Assembly (NCBI GenBank): GCA_017992295.1
Contig: JAGOOV010000002.1
Location: 1 to 62,568, forward strand
Length of the DNA stretch: 62,568 nucleotides
Direction of reading: 5' to 3'
From: Candidatus Saccharimonadota bacterium
GTDB lineage: Bacteria > Patescibacteriota > Saccharimonadia > Saccharimonadales > CAIOMD01
In this document: piece by piece, positions 40,748 through 48,981 of the stretch
How the letters are laid out: every line of letters begins with the position of its first letter
How positions within the stretch are numbered: the stretch's first letter is position 1
Made by a program: the position numbers and the translations under genes
Notes under the pieces: generated by a model
Database searches by the model: none
What the model was told of the DNA's origin: nothing
Seen by the model: only the letters and a program-made list of their open reading frames with translations

Positions 40748-41653
40748 TTAATAGTTAGTGATTAAAACTTCCTTAATTATCTTTTTGCTGTTGTTATGAT
40801 AATTAATGTAGTTGCTTTCAATTTTGTGTACTTTATATTTTTTTATCCATTTCAACAGTAGGTCGTTTTTACTTCCGTTATAGTAAGTAACATTCGATAA
40901 GGCAAACCTAGCGCCTTTTTTGTCTAAGTCTTCAATCATTTTTAATAAATCGGCTTCTGATTTTCGATTCCACAATTTATTATATTCACTTGCGGATATT
41001 AAATATGGAGGATCTAAATATACAAAATCATTTTTTGAATATTTTTTGTTTGAAAAAAACTTTTTAAAATCTTTTGAGGTTATAGATATTTTTTTATCAT
41101 GTACAAAATCAAAGTAGCCATTCAAGGCATTAACAACATTTTTATTAAAATCAACATTGCCCACAGGCAAATTAAATTTACCCCCGCCATTAAATCGCAA
41201 CATCCTATTGAATCCGTAAATAAGCAGAATATACAAAATTAGGGGGTCATTTTTCTGATAATTATTTACGCACAATCTCAATTTATCGTATCCGTCTTTA
41301 TTAAATTTTGCGTAATAAGTTTTTTTAAATTCCTTTTTTAGCGAATCAGGGACAATGTCCTTTTTATATGAATGCGAAAGTTTATATTTATGGATTATTT
41401 TTTCGGCTTCCTTAAAAAAACCTTCTGGATTTTTTGCGCTAGCGATCAAAAGCTTATGAATATTGATTAAGTGTTTGTCTATATCGTTAAGAAAATATTT
41501 TTTCGCTTCAATATTCAAAAATACTGTGCCTCCGCCGACAAAAGGTTCATAAAAATTATTTATTTCTTTGGGAAATAAATTTACCAGTTGTTTCATCAGC
41601 TTGTACTTGTCCCCGACGTAAAACAAAGGAGATCTTTTTATTTTATTTGTCAT
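40748..41653 (-). CDS. D12-class N6-adenine DNA methyltransferase (Dam-like), second MTase of the operon
   Basis: Motifs LFYVGDKYKL, FYEPFVGGGTVFLN (motif I) and VYLDPPY (motif IV). Its ATG overlaps the upstream gene's stop by 4 bp. Confidence 0.88.
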   Translation of the reverse strand: MTNKIKRSPLFYVGDKYKLMKQLVNLFPKEINNFYEPFVGGGTVFLNIEAKKYFLNDIDKHLINIHKLLIASAKNPEGFFKEAEKIIHKYKLSHSYKKDIVPDSLKKEFKKTYYAKFNKDGYDKLRLCVNNYQKNDPLILYILLIYGFNRMLRFNGGGKFNLPVGNVDFNKNVVNALNGYFDFVHDKKISITSKDFKKFFSNKKYSKNDFVYLDPPYLISASEYNKLWNRKSEADLLKMIEDLDKKGARFALSNVTYYNGSKNDLLLKWIKKYKVHKIESNYINYHNNSKKIIKEVLITNY

Positions 41654-43458
41654 AGTTTTGCCTTTGTTACGAAAAGATATTCTTTGTGATTATTAAAATT
41701 GGTATTGCCTGCGTTGAAATGCCTATAATTTTTTTCAAAAACCTTTGTCGGGCCTTTTTTTTGTAAAATCTGCTCGATTTCTTGTAGTGTGATTTTATTT
41801 TTTGAGGAGTTGCTTTTTGAATCGTATGTATTGTTGTACGAAACGACTAAATATTTAGCGTCAAGGTCTCTCACGAGTTCTGCAAATTTATCTTTAGCGT
41901 TGTTTCGACAATAATCGCTCATATTTTCCGGTTCTGGCTTTAGGGCAACACCAAAAAGTTTTGGTTTATCCCATTTAGTCAAGGTTTCAAGTACATGATA
42001 AAATCTGCTGTATTGTCTTGAGTTGTATGGTGGATCAATATAAACAACATCAGCATTTATTTTTTTAGCTAAAGCGTTCGCATCTTCTTGAAAAATTGAT
42101 ATTTCTTGCGTGTCTATTGGGTCAATCGGTTTCATAAAAAAACTATCATTGATAAATTCCTTTTTGAAATAAGCATCAAAGTGCCCAACCGTATTGGCGA
42201 TTTTATCTGCGGTATAAAGCAATGAAGCGATTAGCATGTAATATTCTCGTTCAGTTAAATTATTTTTATTTTCTTCTATATTTTCGCGAATAAATCCGAT
42301 AATTTTTGCTGAATTTTTGCTAAAAAATTTGCCACCAAAATTCTTGGAAAAGTAGTTTTCCTCCAAGTCATCGCCATAAATATTATTATAGCTTTTGACG
42401 ATGTTATCTATTTTATTTTTATCCCATCCCTCATCTCCGAAAAAAGCGCGATATATTGCATAATTTGAATGTAAAAAATCATTTAATAGAACTTTTTCAA
42501 AATGTTTTGTCGCGACAGCAGAAACAACGCCTGTTCCAGCGAAAATATCTGCAAATGAATTTCCGCTACATTCTTTGTTGATTATAGAAAAAATCCATTC
42601 AATCAATTTGTGTTTATTTCCGATATATCTGCGATTGTGTAGTTGTAGATGATTTTCTTTTACTTGTGGAATGTAAAAATAATTTTCTTGGATTTGTTCG
42701 GCGGTTATCTCATAGGTTGGTCTTTCGGTTTCAAACATAGCAAAAAGCGTGCCCTGTATTCCATCTGCCACATAATCAATACCTGCTTTTTGTTTATTTA
42801 TTTTTTCGTAAAAGCTGTAATGGTCGTTTTGAGAAACGATAATAAAATCAATGACTGGTATTCCCATTATTTCGCCAGCTTGTATGATTGTTTCAATAAT
42901 TTGATTGTCCTTTTCGCTTGGTGAAGAGTCGCCGGAAGGATGATTATGAACCAAAATAACGCTGGCGGCATTTAATTCGGTCGCAGGATAAAATATCTCT
43001 CTTGGGTGTAGCAATGCTTTATCTAAAAGACCGACACTGACAATTTCTTTTTTGAGTAAAACATTTCGTGCGTTTAAATAAAGACAAACTAAATGTTCTT
43101 TTTTCTTATCTCTTAAATCGTAAGTAAGGTATAAAATATCTTGAGAATTTTTTATAACAATATCGTTGGTTTTGTCTTCGTCATAAAATCTTTTTACCAA
43201 TGAAATCGCGGAAGCAATTTGTAGTGCTTTTGCTTGTCCGATTCCTGAAATCTCCAAAAGATCATTAACGGTTATATTCAAAAAGTTTTTACCGAATTTT
43301 TTGATAATATTTTCAGAAAGTTGTCTGACATTTTTCCCCTTAATCCCACTACCTAAAAGAATTGCCAAAAGGTCACTTTTTGAAAGTGCGTCAGCACCTT
43401 TTTCCAGAAACCTTTCTCTTGGGCGATCAATTTTTGGTATATCCTTAATATTTGGCAT
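41650..43458 (-). CDS. Fusion protein: RadC-like JAB/MPN domain (N-terminal ~225 aa) + D12-class N6-adenine DNA methyltransferase (C-terminal ~330 aa)
   Basis: The RadC part has RPRERFLEKGADALSKSDLLAILLGSG, the HhH segment ISGIGQAKALQI, and the JAB motif HNHPSGDSSPSEKD. The MTase part has RRYIGNKHKL, FADIFAGTGVVS and VVYIDPPYNSRQY. It is one uninterrupted 602-codon frame. Confidence 0.85.
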   Translation of the reverse strand: MPNIKDIPKIDRPRERFLEKGADALSKSDLLAILLGSGIKGKNVRQLSENIIKKFGKNFLNITVNDLLEISGIGQAKALQIASAISLVKRFYDEDKTNDIVIKNSQDILYLTYDLRDKKKEHLVCLYLNARNVLLKKEIVSVGLLDKALLHPREIFYPATELNAASVILVHNHPSGDSSPSEKDNQIIETIIQAGEIMGIPVIDFIIVSQNDHYSFYEKINKQKAGIDYVADGIQGTLFAMFETERPTYEITAEQIQENYFYIPQVKENHLQLHNRRYIGNKHKLIEWIFSIINKECSGNSFADIFAGTGVVSAVATKHFEKVLLNDFLHSNYAIYRAFFGDEGWDKNKIDNIVKSYNNIYGDDLEENYFSKNFGGKFFSKNSAKIIGFIRENIEENKNNLTEREYYMLIASLLYTADKIANTVGHFDAYFKKEFINDSFFMKPIDPIDTQEISIFQEDANALAKKINADVVYIDPPYNSRQYSRFYHVLETLTKWDKPKLFGVALKPEPENMSDYCRNNAKDKFAELVRDLDAKYLVVSYNNTYDSKSNSSKNKITLQEIEQILQKKGPTKVFEKNYRHFNAGNTNFNNHKEYLFVTKAKL

Positions 43459-43465
43459 ATTTTGT

Positions 43466-43552
43466 TTATTTAATTAAATCCTCAATCGTAACATCAAGAG
43501 CTTTCGTTAATTTTACCATGATGAGCGCAGGCGGTGTTTTAATTACATTACT
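43466..43552 (-). pseudogene. Remnant of an XRE-type HTH protein (C-terminal half only; possible decayed R-M controller)
   Basis: A 28-codon frame reads SNVIKTPPALIMVKLTKALDVTIEDLIK*, which matches the helix-3/C-terminal part of HTH_3 domains. A stop lies immediately upstream. It sits between the R-M operon and the tRNA. Confidence 0.3.
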
Positions 43553-43561
43553 TTAAGTTTT

Positions 43562-43651
43562 TGGCGGAGAGGAAGGGATTCGAACCCTTGATGACATTGC
43601 TGCCATACTCACTTTCCAGGCGAGCCAGTTCAACCACTCCTGCACCTCTCC
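43562..43651 (-). tRNA. tRNA-Ser (anticodon GGA), CCA encoded
   Basis: The reverse complement folds as acceptor GGAGAGG/CCUCUCC, anticodon stem CUCGC/GUGAG with loop CUGGAAA, a long variable arm (class II), T-arm AAGGG-UUCGAAU-CCCUU, discriminator G, then CCA. Confidence 0.9.
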
Positions 43652-43765
43652 GTAACAGATTAAATTATATCTTATAACCCTCTTTGCTCACTAATTTTTA
43701 CCTAATAAGCGCTTTTTAGATGCTTAAGCTTGCCTTATTTTACCTCTGTTCTTAAACTAAATGTA

Positions 43766-44587
43766 ATGTCGCTCATAAAACTGGAAAACGTTAGTAAAGT
43801 TTATGGTTTTGGGGATGCCACCACTCTGGCTCTTGATGATGTTTCCTTAGAGGTAGAAAAGGGCGAATTTGTTGCCATTATGGGCCCCAGCGGTAGCGGT
43901 AAAAGCACTTTAATGAATATTATCGGTTTGCTAGACAGACCCAGCCAGGGTAATTACGTGCTAGACGGCCGTAATGTTTCGCGCTTGCGCGGTAATACCC
44001 GGGCCAAAGTCCGGCGCGACAAAATTGGCTTTGTTTTTCAGAGTTTTAATTTAATACCGCGGATGACCATATTAGAAAACGTTGCCCTCCCTCTGTCTTA
44101 CAGAGGAATGCCAACAATCCGCCGTTTAATACAAGCCAGCGAAATATTAGAAAAAGTCGGCTTAAAAAGCCGGGAATATTATTTGCCTCGCCAATTAAGC
44201 GGCGGGCAAGCCCAAAGAGCGGCTATTGCCAGGGCGCTGGTTAACAAGCCCAGCTTAATCGTGGCCGACGAGCTCACCGGTAACCTGGATACCGCCAGTA
44301 GTCGGGTTATTATGGAGCTCCTTAACGACATACATAAAGGTGGCAACACCATCATTATGGTCACTCACAACCCCGATTTAACCGCCTGGGCCAGCCGGAT
44401 TGTGTATATGATAGACGGACGTATTCACCAAGATAAAGATCTCAAAAAAGACGAAACCGCCAACATTACCGAATTGCACAATGCGCCCGAGTTAACCGAA
44501 CAACCACCAGCCGAGGAGCCCAAGCGTAAAAAACGTGGCCGACCGCCCAAAAAAGCTAAAGAAGAGAAAGAAGCCAGTCAAAAATGA
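43766..44587 (+). CDS. ABC transporter ATP-binding protein (MacB/LolD/FtsE-like) with basic AT-hook-like C-terminal tail
   Basis: Walker A GPSGSGKST, signature LSGGQAQR, Walker B LIVADE. I prefer ATG 43766 (MSLIKLENV) to the track start at 43730. Confidence 0.92.
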   Translation: MSLIKLENVSKVYGFGDATTLALDDVSLEVEKGEFVAIMGPSGSGKSTLMNIIGLLDRPSQGNYVLDGRNVSRLRGNTRAKVRRDKIGFVFQSFNLIPRMTILENVALPLSYRGMPTIRRLIQASEILEKVGLKSREYYLPRQLSGGQAQRAAIARALVNKPSLIVADELTGNLDTASSRVIMELLNDIHKGGNTIIMVTHNPDLTAWASRIVYMIDGRIHQDKDLKKDETANITELHNAPELTEQPPAEEPKRKKRGRPPKKAKEEKEASQK

Positions 44588-45813
44588 TTTATACCAACAT
44601 TAAAATGGCCATTAACAGTATTCGTTCTACCAGAACCCGCAGTTTTTTGACTATGCTTGGGGTAATTATTGGCGTTTCGAGCGTTGTGGTCGTGGTTTCG
44701 CTGGGGCAAGGCGTACGCAACCAAGTTACCAAGCAAATAAACAACTTTGGAACCGATGTAATTAGCATTCGCCCCGGCCGTGCTTTTGGGCGAAAGGCTG
44801 CTAATCAGCTAGCCGGTATAAACCTGGGTTCTAACGTGGCTACCAGCACACTGACTAATTTAGATTTAGATGGCATCAAAAAAGTGCCGGGAGTTTCGGC
44901 TGTTGCGGTCAGTTCTAACATATCCAGCACTGCCCACAGTTACGAAAACACCAACTATTTAAACAGCCAAATAATTGCTACCAGTCCGGAAACGCCGGAA
45001 ATACTTAACCAAAAAATTGAGTTTGGTGAGTTTTTTGGCCCTAACGACTACACTCGCAGAACGGCCGTTATTGGCAGTGATATCGCTGCCGATTTGTATA
45101 ATCAGCGAGATCCCATAGGCCGCATTATCGTTATCCATGGCGAAGAATATATTGTTCGCGGGGTGTTTTACCCCATTCCTAAGAACCCTCTTAACATCGG
45201 TACCGATTTTAACAGCGTTGTTTATATTCCGCTAGGTACCGCTAAAGAGATAACCGGTAACAATCCGCAAATAAGCGAAATAGATGTAAAAGTTGGCAAA
45301 GGCCAATCGGTAGTGCAGGTAAGTCAGAATATTAAAAAAATACTGCTACATAATCACGCCGGACAAGAAGACTTTACTATAGTTAAACAAGTGGAGTACC
45401 TAGAAGCGGCAAACCAGGTATTTAATATGCTAACCGGTTTTGTAGCGGCGGTGGCGGGTATATCGTTGCTGGTTGGCGGAATCGGCATCATGAACATTAT
45501 GCTGGTCAGCGTTAGCGAGAGAACCCGCGAAATAGGCGTCCGTAAGGCCGTAGGCGCCACCAATCGCCAAATACTGGGGCAATTTTTAATCGAAGCCGTT
45601 GTTATAAGTGTTTTAGGCGGTATTTTTGGTATTTTATTATCGCTGTTAACGGCATTCATTTTCAGGCTGACAACCGACTTTAAGCCGTCGCTATCGTTCG
45701 CCACTATTTTGATAGCCACCGGCGTTTCGACGATTGTTGGCGTAATTTTTGGCATGACCCCCGCCATAAAAGCTTCACGCAAAGATCCCATACAATCACT
45801 GCGCCACGAGTAA
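44584..45813 (+). CDS. ABC transporter permease (MacB-type, FtsX domain)
   Basis: 409 aa with TM1, a periplasmic MacB_PCD-like domain and a C-terminal FtsX 3-TM bundle. ATGA overlap with the ATPase gene. Confidence 0.9.
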   Translation: MIYTNIKMAINSIRSTRTRSFLTMLGVIIGVSSVVVVVSLGQGVRNQVTKQINNFGTDVISIRPGRAFGRKAANQLAGINLGSNVATSTLTNLDLDGIKKVPGVSAVAVSSNISSTAHSYENTNYLNSQIIATSPETPEILNQKIEFGEFFGPNDYTRRTAVIGSDIAADLYNQRDPIGRIIVIHGEEYIVRGVFYPIPKNPLNIGTDFNSVVYIPLGTAKEITGNNPQISEIDVKVGKGQSVVQVSQNIKKILLHNHAGQEDFTIVKQVEYLEAANQVFNMLTGFVAAVAGISLLVGGIGIMNIMLVSVSERTREIGVRKAVGATNRQILGQFLIEAVVISVLGGIFGILLSLLTAFIFRLTTDFKPSLSFATILIATGVSTIVGVIFGMTPAIKASRKDPIQSLRHE

Positions 45814-45925
45814 TACCGATTAAGCTTAAAATATTGCCAAGTTAATTACAAAAAGTCATAATATAAGCGTTAGTTTAATCAGCCCGCTTTTAATGGTTAT
45901 TAAGAAATAAACAAGGAGCAAAAAG

Positions 45926-46135
45926 ATGAGCAGCCCGGAAAAAATTTTAGAACCCGACTTAGACGCGCCAATTGAACCGTTGATGGAAAACTGCGAATAT
46001 ACCGATGAATGCACTCTGCTCCATGTAGAAGACTATTCTTCGCACTGCGATAAACCGTGCGAATATGTGCAAAAAGAAGGTTGGCCCAGGGCTTGCCTGA
46101 AGTGCATCATTGAAGATCCTAACTATACTCAATAG
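45926..46135 (+). CDS. Small acidic Cys-rich protein (7 Cys in 69 aa)
   Basis: Strong AAGGAG RBS 7 nt upstream of the ATG. No signal peptide and no recognised family. Confidence 0.55.
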   Translation: MSSPEKILEPDLDAPIEPLMENCEYTDECTLLHVEDYSSHCDKPCEYVQKEGWPRACLKCIIEDPNYTQ

Positions 46136-46174
46136 CCTCTAAAACCGTATTTTTTTAAAATATTTTTCTATTAG

Positions 46175-47212
46175 CTACTTACTTAGTTCGGCTTTCATTT
46201 TCTCGATAATATCGACAGGGGTAGGGTTTAAGCCGTTAAGCAGTGCCATATAAAGCGACACAAAATCGCCCAGCATAACCGCCCAAATTAGTTGCTGTAA
46301 AACATTTTTACCCGCTATATCTACCACAATAGGCGAAGGCCGGCGGCCACTTAACATCCTTTCGGTAATTTCAAAACGTTTCTGAACCTGCGAGTGCTCT
46401 AAGCTAGATCGCAAATCTACGATTGCGTACGGCTTATCTTGCGGATGGCTTGTCCAACCTATAAATTCGTTATGACTAAATTCGGGATATTGACTAGCCC
46501 AAGCCACGTTTTTGGCGTTTTCGTTGATGTTAATCTTCCACTTATAGGCTGCGGGGAACATCTTTGGCCCTCCGTAAACTACTACGCTTCTGCCAATTAG
46601 TTCTAAGGCTATCTGCTTGGCCTGGTTTTGTTTTACGGCTACATCCGGCGCCCAGCCAGCTGATTGTTGTTTGACAAACTCGGCCGTATTCTTTAACTCG
46701 TCTAACGCTTTTGGAGTTGCCAATCCAAGCACCACCAGCCAATCAACAATCGCTTTAAAACTAAAGAAAGTGGCATATCTGGGTTGCGACACTTTAGGCA
46801 ATCTCGCCAAAGGATAGCCCTTTTGTTCGGCTATCTCAACCAGGCGCCCACCGGACGCGATAACAATTATCTTGGCTTTTTTTTGCTCAGCCTTGCTTAG
46901 CGCCTCTAGCGTTTCTTCGGTGTTACCACTGTAACTAGACGCAATAAACAGTGTGTTTTCGTTAACATACTCCGGGATATCGTAATTACGGCAAATTTCG
47001 AACGGCACATTTATGCCGGGCCAGGTCGTACATAGCAAAGCCCCCAAAGCCGAGCCGCCCATCCCGGCAAAAACAATATTCTGGATCTGATTTTTATCGA
47101 ATTTGGGCTTTGTTAGCTGGTAGTCGTAAATTAGTTGTTGCCATTCCTTTTGAGCAACACCAAGCGCATCTTGGCCGTCTTTTAGATGAATATACTTCAA
47201 ATCGTCTAGCAT
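46175..47212 (-). CDS. Bifunctional phosphoglucose/phosphomannose isomerase (SIS domains)
   Basis: 345 aa; motifs VFAGMGGSALGA and ASSYSGNTEETL; C-terminal PGI/PMI family region. Confidence 0.85.
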   Translation of the reverse strand: MLDDLKYIHLKDGQDALGVAQKEWQQLIYDYQLTKPKFDKNQIQNIVFAGMGGSALGALLCTTWPGINVPFEICRNYDIPEYVNENTLFIASSYSGNTEETLEALSKAEQKKAKIIVIASGGRLVEIAEQKGYPLARLPKVSQPRYATFFSFKAIVDWLVVLGLATPKALDELKNTAEFVKQQSAGWAPDVAVKQNQAKQIALELIGRSVVVYGGPKMFPAAYKWKININENAKNVAWASQYPEFSHNEFIGWTSHPQDKPYAIVDLRSSLEHSQVQKRFEITERMLSGRRPSPIVVDIAGKNVLQQLIWAVMLGDFVSLYMALLNGLNPTPVDIIEKMKAELSK

Positions 47213-47371
47213 TTAGTTTTTCCTTTTACTCTTTAATAGATTAACAGGAAGAAAAGACTAAGCCTAGTCGGTAATTGCCTTACCTTCAGGCGACCTTAGA
47301 GCTAATGGCTATTCTATTTTGCTTTTTTACAGCTTGTGCTAATCTTAAATTAAAGTATTGGGGCATTATTA

Positions 47372-47887
47372 ATGTTTGGGCACAGTAGTAAATCGGAAGA
47401 CAAACAAAGCGAAGAACCAAAAATACCGGATCCGGCTATGACGCACGAGCCTCCCATGCTTGGCTCTAACCCGCCAACTGCCAAGGCGGATACTCAATCT
47501 CAAGACGACAGCCCCATAACCGCACCGCCGTTGATAACCAACGAACCGACAGTTATAACTCCGCCGAATAATCAGGAAACTAACCGGTCCTTAGAAGAAA
47601 ACAGGGCCGATTCCTCCTCTTTAAATCAAACAGTCAAGCAAGATGATTTACTAGATATAAAACAAGACGCTTTACAGGAACTGGCTCCGTTGGTAGACAA
47701 GCTAGAGCAAACTCCCGAGGAGAAATTTCATCTGACAATGATGATGATTCAAGCCACCGATAACAAAGATTTGTTGTCCGATGCTTACAAAGCGGCCCAA
47801 ACCATCACCGACGAAAAAGCTCGCGCCCAGGCCTTGCTGGACGTTATCAACGAGATAAATTACTTTACCCAAAATCAAAACGAATAA
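47372..47887 (+). CDS. Hypothetical protein, Pro/Thr/Gln-rich N-terminus with helical C-terminus
   Basis: 171-aa ORF. No recognisable motif. Confidence 0.5.
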   Translation: MFGHSSKSEDKQSEEPKIPDPAMTHEPPMLGSNPPTAKADTQSQDDSPITAPPLITNEPTVITPPNNQETNRSLEENRADSSSLNQTVKQDDLLDIKQDALQELAPLVDKLEQTPEEKFHLTMMMIQATDNKDLLSDAYKAAQTITDEKARAQALLDVINEINYFTQNQNE

Positions 47888-48292
47888 CTAATATCTTGTA
47901 CTGCCGTGCGCCGTAGCGCCATACGGGGTAGGCATAGTGCTATACGGCTCTTCGTAGTCTGTTGTGTAGTGGTGCTGATTGGCCATATTAACTAGGCGGT
48001 TTCTTTCTATGGCCTGTTTATTCAGTTCGCGCAAGTTTTCGTCTATTTCTTCCAGGTGCCTGGCAAGACGCTCGATAACATACTGTTGACCCTGTAATAA
48101 TTGTGTAAATTTTTCCATCACTTTTTCTCTATTTTTGTCAAACATCTGTTGCATTTCTTGCTTATTGCACACTCTACCAGATATGGTTTGGATAGCACTT
48201 AAAATGTCCTGACGACTGGCTAACCGATTAGTTAACAAATCGGTGCACTGTTGCAAGGCAATACGCATATCTTGTTTAGAGCAACCATCCAT
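47888..48292 (-). CDS. Hypothetical coiled-coil protein
   Basis: ATG 48292 (MDGCSKQD) has an AGGAGG RBS 7 nt upstream, and I prefer it to the track's GTG at 48316. Confidence 0.55.
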   Translation of the reverse strand: MDGCSKQDMRIALQQCTDLLTNRLASRQDILSAIQTISGRVCNKQEMQQMFDKNREKVMEKFTQLLQGQQYVIERLARHLEEIDENLRELNKQAIERNRLVNMANQHHYTTDYEEPYSTMPTPYGATAHGSTRY

Positions 48293-48360
48293 AACAACCC
48301 TCCTGCTATTCCTCACTTAGCACAGGGGATTGTATGCCATATTTTAACCATTGTCTGTAA

Positions 48361-48795
48361 TTATTCCGGCATTGGCCCGGTATTGGGTACTTCGGTTGGA
48401 CCGGTATTAGGTACTTCGGCCGGTCCGGTATTGGGTGTCTGATTAATTTCGACGTCCGTGCTCGCTTGGGATCTTTCCACGCTTAGGCCATTTCTTTCGC
48501 CACCGCTACCGGCGACGTTCTTATTGGCAGTTGCCTTTTGGTCCGATTTATTTATGCTCTGAGTCGATATACTGCTAGTTTCGGTTATTGGATTTGGTTT
48601 TTCGCCCTTATTTCCGGCTATCCGGTTATAAGCCCATCGTCCGCCCCAAAACAAACTAAAAGCTACGGCCGCCCCTACAAAAAAGATTATCAGTGTAAAA
48701 AATATCGCCGTCGGGCGACTAACACTATCTGTTTCTTTAATATATTCTTTTACCGGATTCGTTTGTTTTGTATCTCTGTTACCATTGCTAGCCAT
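48361..48795 (-). CDS. N-terminally anchored membrane protein with C-terminal (E)VPNTGP tandem repeats
   Basis: TM helix AIFFTLIIFFVGAAVAFSLFWG. The C-terminus reads TPNTGPAEVPNTGPTEVPNTGPMPE. Confidence 0.6.
   Translation of the reverse strand: MASNGNRDTKQTNPVKEYIKETDSVSRPTAIFFTLIIFFVGAAVAFSLFWGGRWAYNRIAGNKGEKPNPITETSSISTQSINKSDQKATANKNVAGSGGERNGLSVERSQASTDVEINQTPNTGPAEVPNTGPTEVPNTGPMPE
48364..48440. repeat. About three tandem 24-bp repeats inside the 3' end of the 48361..48795 CDS
   Basis: The units are CCGGTATTGGGTACTTCGGTTGGA, CCGGTATTAGGTACTTCGGCCGGT and CCGGTATTGGGTGTC..., with a partial unit before them. Confidence 0.85.
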
Positions 48796-48981
48796 AAGTA
48801 AAACTCTACCTTTCTAGCTCCATTCTAAAACAAAAGGTATTGATTTTACAAATTTTTATTTCGTTATATGCTTATGCTTCGTTTTCCTAAAAAGATAGAG
48901 GGCGCCAACATCTTGACACCCTCAAACAGCGATATCAGACAATTTACCACTGCCTTTACAGTAGCTAATCCTGTAATCTGT

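Larger units (their letters stand above)
36900..43561. other. AT-rich genomic-island candidate abutting the 3' end of tRNA-Ser(GGA)
   Basis: GC is visibly lower than the flanks from about 37.0 kb to 43.5 kb. The content is a restriction-modification operon, an orphan membrane protein and an HTH remnant. No integrase or att repeat was found. Confidence 0.4.

Noticed and set aside
48364-48440. The VPNTGP repeats as LPXTG-type sortase sorting signals.
   Set aside because: No hydrophobic segment or positively charged tail follows the motif. The protein ends 3 residues after the last repeat, and the only TM helix is N-terminal.
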